DNA from: Cyanophora paradoxa CCMP329
Lineage: Eukaryota; Plantae; Glaucophyta
Assembly (NCBI GenBank): GCA_004431415.1
Contig: QPMI01000202.1
Location: 1 to 64,000 of the forward strand
Reading direction: 5' to 3'
Length of the DNA stretch: 64,000 bases
The position numbers were made by a program, and so were the translations under genes. Position 1 is the stretch's first letter; each line of letters opens with the position of its first letter. Shown one piece after another: positions 57,125 through 64,000 of the stretch. Under the pieces are notes generated by a model that was not told the DNA's origin, ran no database searches, and saw only the letters and a list, made by a program, of their open reading frames with translations.

Positions 57125-57639
57125 CCCCCGAGTCGACTCGAGCTCGGGGCTTGCAGGTTCAACGTTTCAATTATTTCAGTTCCGGTATCCTGTGGCAGTG
57201 CTATAGCGCCTTGGAAGGGTGCGCGTAACAAACAATTTCAAATGCTGTACTTTAATTTCTTGACCGTAACGGGGCTTGCAAAATTGCGATCGGGCTCTGT
57301 ACTACGGTATGCACTTCGAAGCCTAGCGCTAGCTTGCATGGAGTTTGGCTCAGCGCTCAGGCTAGGCCTGGGCCTGTGATCATGATGATTGGAATCGCAG
57401 CCGCTGGGACTCGGAGCGCGAGCTCGTAGTCAGCCGAGTCGAGGAGCTTGGAGAGGGACCCCACGACCAGCCGAATTTTCGAAGACACTCGATTAAAGAC
57501 ATTTTCGCAGCCTTCGATTGAAGGCAGAACATAGGAAATTTCTGCGGCACTGCAACTGCAAAGACCCTAGCCTGCAAAACCCACTGAAGTTTTCCCTTAA
57601 CGATTCCTCATGATGACGAGTGAGAGGCCTCGGCGTGGT

Positions 57640-60600
57640 CTACTCCTCGCGGTGCACGTGGAGGGCGCGCAGCTCGAGCTGCGGCCCCGCCGGCCCCGCC
57701 CGAGCCGCTGCGGCGCTCGCGACCCTCCCCGCCGGCGCCAGGGGCTCCGGCCCGCATGCCCCGCCCTCGACGTCGAGCTCCGGGGCCGCGGCCTCTGCGG
57801 GCGCCGGGAGCTGGGAGGGGGAGGGCGGGACGCCGAGAGCGCGGCGCTTGCAGGCCTGCCGCCCCCTCCCTCGCGATCCGCGGGGGGCGACGGGCCGGCG
57901 GGGGGCGGGGGCGGGCCTTGTAGGCCTCGCTGAAGAGGAGGAGGAGGAGGAGGGAGCCGGCGATGAGGGCCCACTCCCACGAGATCGGCGCCAGCCCGAA
58001 CACCTGCGCGCCCCGTCCAGTCAGCGCCTCTGATGTCGATCTTCTGCGCGTGCCGCGCGCCTCGTCGTTGAGGACGGGGATGTAGAAGAGGGCGGCCGTG
58101 AGGGCGAGCGGCCCCAGCACCGCGAAGAAGAGCGGCCTGCGGGATACGCGAGTCGGATCAAATCGGATCGGATCGAATTCGATCCCGGGGTGGGGCGCGC
58201 CGGGCGGGGCGCCAGGCCTGGCGGAAGACGGAGAGGCGCGGGTGGCGGATCAGGAAGGCCAGGCCCAGCAGCCTGCGGATCAGATCAGATCAGATCAGAT
58301 GAGATCTATGGGGACGGAGAAGGGCACGTGAAGGTGAGGGAGCCGAAGGCGGCGGAGCGCGCGCGGGGCACGTTCTCGCAGCCCGGGCCCTGCCCGCGCG
58401 CCCCCGTTCAGGCGGGCAGGGGGGTCCGGACGGGGGGAAGGGCCGGAGGGGGGCCGGCCGGAGGGGGGCCGGAGGGGGCACGTCGGAGTAGGAGCCGCAC
58501 TCGACGCCGTACTCCCCGTCGTAGTGCCCGAAGATCACCTGCGCGGGAGAGAGGGCCGCCTCGGCTGGGTTCTAGAGGGGCCCGGGGCGGGGCGGGCGGA
58601 CGACGCAGAAGGAGAGGAGGGAGAAGGCGCCCATGGCGAGGCCGTAGGCCGCCGTGTCCGCCACCAGCTGCCCCGGGGGGCCGAGGCGCGTGAGGCGGGG
58701 AGGGGGCGAGGGGAGGGCCGGGGCGTCTCGGGGGGGACCTCGGGGGTGAAGAGGCCCTCCACCGCCGACTTGGGCGGCCTGCTCGGGTGCGCCCATGGCC
58801 AGACGCCCTCAGACGCTCAGACCGGCGGCCGCTGAGACGCGCCGGGATCGGAGGCGGGCGGCGCACAGGAGCATGAGGTCGGGGGAAGCGGCCTCCGCCC
58901 CCAGCGCGATGTCCGCCGGCGTCCCCGTCACCTGCGGGGGGGGGGGGATCGGGAGGGGGTAGGGGATCCGGAGGGGGTAGGGGCACCATGTTGAGGTAGA
59001 GGACCTGGATGGCGGTCATCGGGAAGATGTAGCCCTCGCTGCTCGAGGGCGTGATCACGAGGGGCCGCCTCGAGGGGGGGGGGGGGGCGGGGGCGGGGCG
59101 GACGCGGCGGGGTCGTGCTGCTTGGGGAAGGTCCCGAAAACGAGGCCCACGACCAGCACGATCACCTGCCCGGCCCGCGCTCGCCCGGTGGGCCAGCGGG
59201 GCGCCGGGCCGGGCCGGGCGGGCGGGGCGGGCCTCGGCGACGTTGCCGGCGAGGAGGTGCACGAGGAACTTGCCGATGTTCGCGAAGATGCGCCGCCCGT
59301 CCTGCCGGCGCGCCCCCGCTGAGGGGCGGGGGCGGGGGGCGGGGGCGGGGCGGGTCTCGGGGGCGCGCCTCGACGGCGTGGACGATGGAGGCGAAGTTGT
59401 CGTCCGTCAGCACCTGCCCGTGCGCCCCGGCTCGCCCCGCGGCCCGCGCTCGGCCCAGCGAGCCCCGCGCGCCGCGCGGCACGCACGATGTCCGCCGCCT
59501 GCGCGCGAGCGCCCCCGCCGCTCCCTCAGCTCGCTCGGAGCGCTCGGGCAGGAGGGGTGCGGCGGGGGCGGGGCGGGGCGGGCCTCCTTGGTGACGTCGG
59601 AGCCGGCGAGGCCCATGGCGATGCCCACGTCCGCCCGCACGATCGACGGCGCGTCGTTCACCTGCCCCCGCCCCCCGTCACCAGCTGCAGCCGCAGGCGG
59701 CTGGCTCGCCGCCTCGCCCCCTCGCACCCCGTCGCCCGTCATCGCCACTGCGGCCCGGGGCGGTCAGCGGGGAGGGGGCGCAGGCGGGGGGCGAGCGGAG
59801 GGCGCGCCGTTCCTTTTGCGGCGCTTGAGGGCGTCGACGAGCTTCACCTGCGCCGGCGCGGCCCCGAGGGCGTCGGCGGGGCCGGCCCCGCGGGGCTTGG
59901 GGAGGGGCTCTCGCGACCTTCGAGTCCGGCGAGCAGCTGCGGCCGGCCGGGGCCGGGGCCGGGGCCGGTCAGCCGGCGCACCCGCGAAACAGCGCCCCGG
60001 CAGGCTCGGAGCTTCGACGCTATCGATATCCGAGGGATGCATAGGCCGACGAGCGCCGCCGCTCTAAACGCGAGTTTCACGGGGCGGGGCGAGGCGCGGA
60101 CCGGGCGAGGACGAGTGGCAGCTGCGCCATGGCGTCCTCCTGCCGCTCGCACCGCCGTCAGCCCGAACCAGCCGCAGCTCGGAGGCGGCCGCCGCGGCGG
60201 ACGCGCCTGCTCCGTCGTAAGGGCGTCGAACTCCTGAGGGCTGCGCGTGAGGGCGCGAGTTTCGTGCGGGGGGCGGGGGGCGGGAGGCACGGAAGCGGTC
60301 ATGACGAGGCCGGCGCGGCGGGCCTCCGCGGGGTCGAGTCCGGCCGGCACGATCCCCACCTGCCGCGCGATCGCCCCCGCCTGTGCCATACGGGATCCCA
60401 TCGCGTGAGCTCGAGCCGGCGGCAGGGCCGAATCGGTGATCGGTGACCGTGGAGGCGTGGTCGCCGGTGAGCATGTGGACGGTGATGCCGGCCCGCTGGC
60501 ACACCGCCACCGACCCCGCCGTCTCCCCCCGCGGCGGGTCGTAGATCCCCACCTGCCCCCGCCACCATCAGAGCGCGACGAAGCCTTGCGGGCTCGAAGG

Positions 60601-63600
60601 CCTTTCTAGAAGCCTTCGCGCGTGAGAGCTTGAGAGCTTTTCGGCCTAGGCCTAGGGAGCCTCCGGGGCGCACGAGGGCGAGGAACGTGAGCTCCTCCTC
60701 CACCCCCGCGCGCTCCGGCGCCTCCCCCCCGCCCCCGGCCACCGCCAGCGCCCCCGCCAGCGGGTCCGACGCCGGCAACTCCCGCCCCGCGAGCGCCAGC
60801 ACCCGCAGGCCCCGCTCCGCCATCTGCCGGTACCGGTTCCGCGCCCATTAGCTGGAGCGCGAAAACCCGCTCGGAGCGCGAAATTTGAGCCGCGAGCGGA
60901 ACGGCGCAGATTTGGATATTAGAGGATGCAGATTTCGCACGCATTCGCTATAGCGCGAAATTCGAGAATGCATGCCCGCTGCGAAATTCCAAACGCGAGC
61001 ACGCGAATGCCTCGCGCGTCCCGCAAAAATAAACGGACTGATCATGAGGCCGGGCCGGGCCGCACCGCCTCGGCGCGGGCGAGGGTACGCCACAGGAACC
61101 CGGCGTCCCCTCTCACCGAGACTGCCTGCGCGCCGGCCGCGATCAGCCCGTGATCGAGAGATCTGAGCCGGCGGCGCGGAGTCGAACTCGCGGGCCTGGG
61201 CGTGGGGCCCGGCGGCGCGGGCGGAGCAGAGGCGGAGGACGACCTCGGCGGCCCCCTTCGTGAACACCGTCACGGGGTCGCCCTGCGGCGTACGCGCATG
61301 CGCGGGGCGGCCGCGGATCGCCTGCGGGCGCGGAACGGAATGCCGAGCAGGGGCGCCGGCGCACGGGCTGGGGACCGACGACGGCCACGGACATCCTCTG
61401 CTCGCGTGATGCTCAGCGGACGCCAGCTGGCCATGGGGCGACGCGAGTTCACTTTGAGGGTCGAGTCGAAGTCGTACTGGTGGGCGACACGGGCCCCGCC
61501 ATGGCCAGCGGCGAGGAGGGCGTCGCGGGACACGCCGGCCTTCGCCGCCAGCACCACCAGCGCCACCTCCGTCCTGCCGCCCCCGTCGAGCCGCATCAAA
61601 CAGCGCCGGCGTGGAACGCCGAAGTTGCAGCCAATGTAAACGAAATGGTTCCAAGCGCAGTACAGGCGCTTCAACTTAGAGCTTGCGCGCGCGCGCTCAC
61701 GGGTCGCCCGTCGCGACCCACTGTCCGGGGCCCTCGGCATCGGGTCCGGGAGCCGTCCCCGGGGCCTGGCTCAGCGTGGCCTGCCGCGGGGTCAGGGTCC
61801 GGGGGGTGGCGGGGGCGGGGGCCGGGGGCGGGCGGACGTTGTTGCAGAGGGCGGCGCAGTGGAGGGCGAGGCGGAGGGCGGCGTCGCGCCCCGCGTCGAC
61901 GGGGGGCCCCGCCGCGTCGCCCTCCTCCAGGAACTCCCCCACCGGCGCGATCCCCGCCCCCGTCACTGCCCCCCGAACCCCTCAGCCCGGCTGCTGGGGC
62001 CGGGGCCGGGGCCGGGGCCGGGGCCGGGGCGGGGCGGGCCGCGGAGGAGGCGCTCCCCCGCGACGTCGAGCGCCACCGCCACCATCCGCCCCTGCGTCTG
62101 CCCACGCGCCCCGCCCCGCGCTTCAGAAGGTCGAGGCGGTGTTCTCGTGACGGAATGATCGCGAGCTGACCAGCGTCCCAGTCTTGTCCTGCCAAGGAGG
62201 CGGATCGGAGGTCAGCGGCGGCCTGGGGAGCTGAGCTGCGGGGCGGGGCGGGGCGGACGGAGCAGATGTCGGTGACGGCGCCGAGGGCCTCGAGCGAGTT
62301 CAGCTTCCGCACCACCGCCCGCTGCCCCCCGCCCGGTACCCGTCGGACCTCGCCTCCAGTTCGAACAACTCTTCCCGCCCGATCGCGACTCGAGCGCGCA
62401 CCTTCTTTGCCATGCGCCGGACACCGATCGCCTGCGGGGGCGCAGGGCTCAGATCTAGATCTAGAGCAGCGCGCGCGGGCGGCTTGAATGGCGCGCCATG
62501 GTGACGGTGAGGACGGCGACGAGCCCCTCCGGGATGATCTGCCGCCCCGGGCCGTCACCGTCAACGCTCCCCTCGACGCGTACGTCGACCGGAGACTCAA
62601 AGGGAGATCTAGATCTGGATTGGAGCATCTGCGGGCCGGGGGGCGGGGCGGGGCGGGGCGGACGGCGATGGCGACGCTGATGGAGTAGAGGGCGATCTCG
62701 TGGGCGTCCCCCGAGAACTGCGCCCGGCCATCAACACTGCACGCGCTTCGAGACTCTCCGCCCGCGCGCGCACCCCGTAGCGAGCGAAGACGACGAGGAC
62801 GGTGAGCCCGCCGAAGAGGAAGAGGGCGAACCCCAGGTAGTTCATCCGCCGCTGCGTAACGCGGACGTGAGGCGAGCTGGAGTTCGTCTGTCACAGCCGG
62901 TCGCAATCGGTTCCGGAGCGACGACCGCGGCCGGTCGCGCCTGCAGCGGGGTGGCGACGTGCTTGGGCTGGAGCTTCTCGGCAATGTGCCCGAGCTCGGT
63001 CGCCATCCCCGTCGCCGTCGCCACGCCCCTCGCCCGGCCCCGCGTCACGATCGTGTTCTTGAACGCCATCTGCTCTTCCCCCTCAAAGTTAATTCTCGAC
63101 GAAGCCGAGAAGAGGCCGGGCTGAAATTTAGGGGCGCGCGTTCGTGCGATCTCCCACGGGCGGAGGCAGGTCGGTCGGGGGCAGCGGCTCAACGGTTTTC
63201 CTGTGCGCTCGCGCAGGCGCGGTACCGGTCAACACGTCGTAAGTCGAATGTGAAGGCTGCAGCTGGATCCGATCGCGAACTGTCGTTCCGCGGGCCGCGC
63301 GGCGCACCGTACGGGGTTCGCCTCGCCGGTGAGGAGCGCCTCGTCGGCCTCCATCCCAGCCACCGACGCGAGCCGCATGTCGCACGGCACCTGGCCGCCC
63401 CGCGCTGAAGGCTCAGGACCACAGCTGTGCGGGACGGCGGCGCGCAGTCGCGAGCGGCGCGCGCGCCTGGTTGCCGTCCTCCAAGAGCACAAGGTCGCCG
63501 GGGACGACCTCGTCGGTGCTGATCTCTTGCTCCCTGCCGCCTCGCACCACCCGCGCCACAGCTGAAATTAGCAGTCAGCGGAACTGAAATATGGCATTGG

Positions 63601-64000
63601 GACATGTACATATGCATGGAGATATCGATGATGATTTTGCGCACGGGCTGTGGACTTTTTCAGAGCCGCCAGCGTCTTCTCGGCGCGAAACTCCTGAAAA
63701 TACCTGCACGCAAAAGTGAACGATGACATTGTCGGCTCAGCAATTTTTGCAGCGCTGCACACGTGCATCCGCGAAATTATCCTAGCCCGGATCCGGATGT
63801 CGCGTGCTGCGGCCGCCCCCCGGCCCTTTACAGCTAGCGCTGCGCCGCACCCGACGAGGACGTTGAAAACAATGACGGTGCCGATGACGGCCGCGTCGAT
63901 GGCCTCCTGGAAGACGATCGTCACAACCAGCGCCGCGTAGAGAATGAGGATGATCGGCGCCGTCATGTGCTCCACTGGCCGGCGCCGTCAAGCGGCGCGC
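57640..64000 (-). CDS. P-type ATPase, probably type IID (ENA, Na+/K+ efflux); 5' end off the window
   Basis: DEALLTGEA, VAIA|IIPEGL, VVRKLNSLEALGAVTDICS then DK, FDSTLK, KGAAE, GIYDPPR, MLTGDH, MTGDG|VNDAP, DVGIAMG, LTDDNFASI, IQVLYLNM. LEALGAVTDICSDK is typical of ENA pumps. Confidence 0.85.

Noticed and set aside
1-64000. Many long Arg/Pro/Gly/Ala-rich ORFs in the six-frame track (e.g. 36737-41041, 29997-32234, 44448-47219)
   Set aside because: Extreme GC content makes stop codons rare. They are shadow frames or intron read-throughs of the spliced genes called above.
1-64000. Species assignment (style recalls a glaucophyte such as Cyanophora)
   Set aside because: Based only on GC content, intron style and gene families, with no diagnostic marker in the window.

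Overview
This is eukaryotic nuclear DNA from a very GC-rich, intron-dense protist or alga (introns mostly ~50-80 nt, CTGAC/CTCAC branch points, many GC-AG introns). Most long six-frame ORFs are GC-rich shadow frames, so genes were rebuilt by hand from spliced exons and their boundaries are approximate. Host genes, left to right: GT10 fucosyltransferase, TmcB-like membrane protein, WD40-like protein, p23 co-chaperone, FAM221-like protein, an unknown protein, glutamate 5-kinase, BRO1-domain protein, a giant RING/SPRY/~13x Mib-herc2 E3 ligase, a DUF4062-NTPase-TPR (NLR-like) protein, a TIR_2 protein, a non-RD kinase with an exon-encoded repeat, and an ENA-type P-type ATPase. The standout is a ~6.0 kb, lower-GC tyrosine-recombinase retrotransposon (11114-17141; gag, RT, RNase H, methylase-like domain, YR). 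Its identical split direct repeats run A1-gag-B1|A2-pol/YR-B2, so the internal B|A junction lies between gag and pol and each half has a full A...B pair. Its Gag appears to start with a signal peptide, and its RT is interrupted by a 158-bp TSD-flanked insertion that could be spliced out in frame. A second candidate system is the contiguous E3 / NLR-like / TIR / non-RD kinase cluster at 30.9-57.1 kb.
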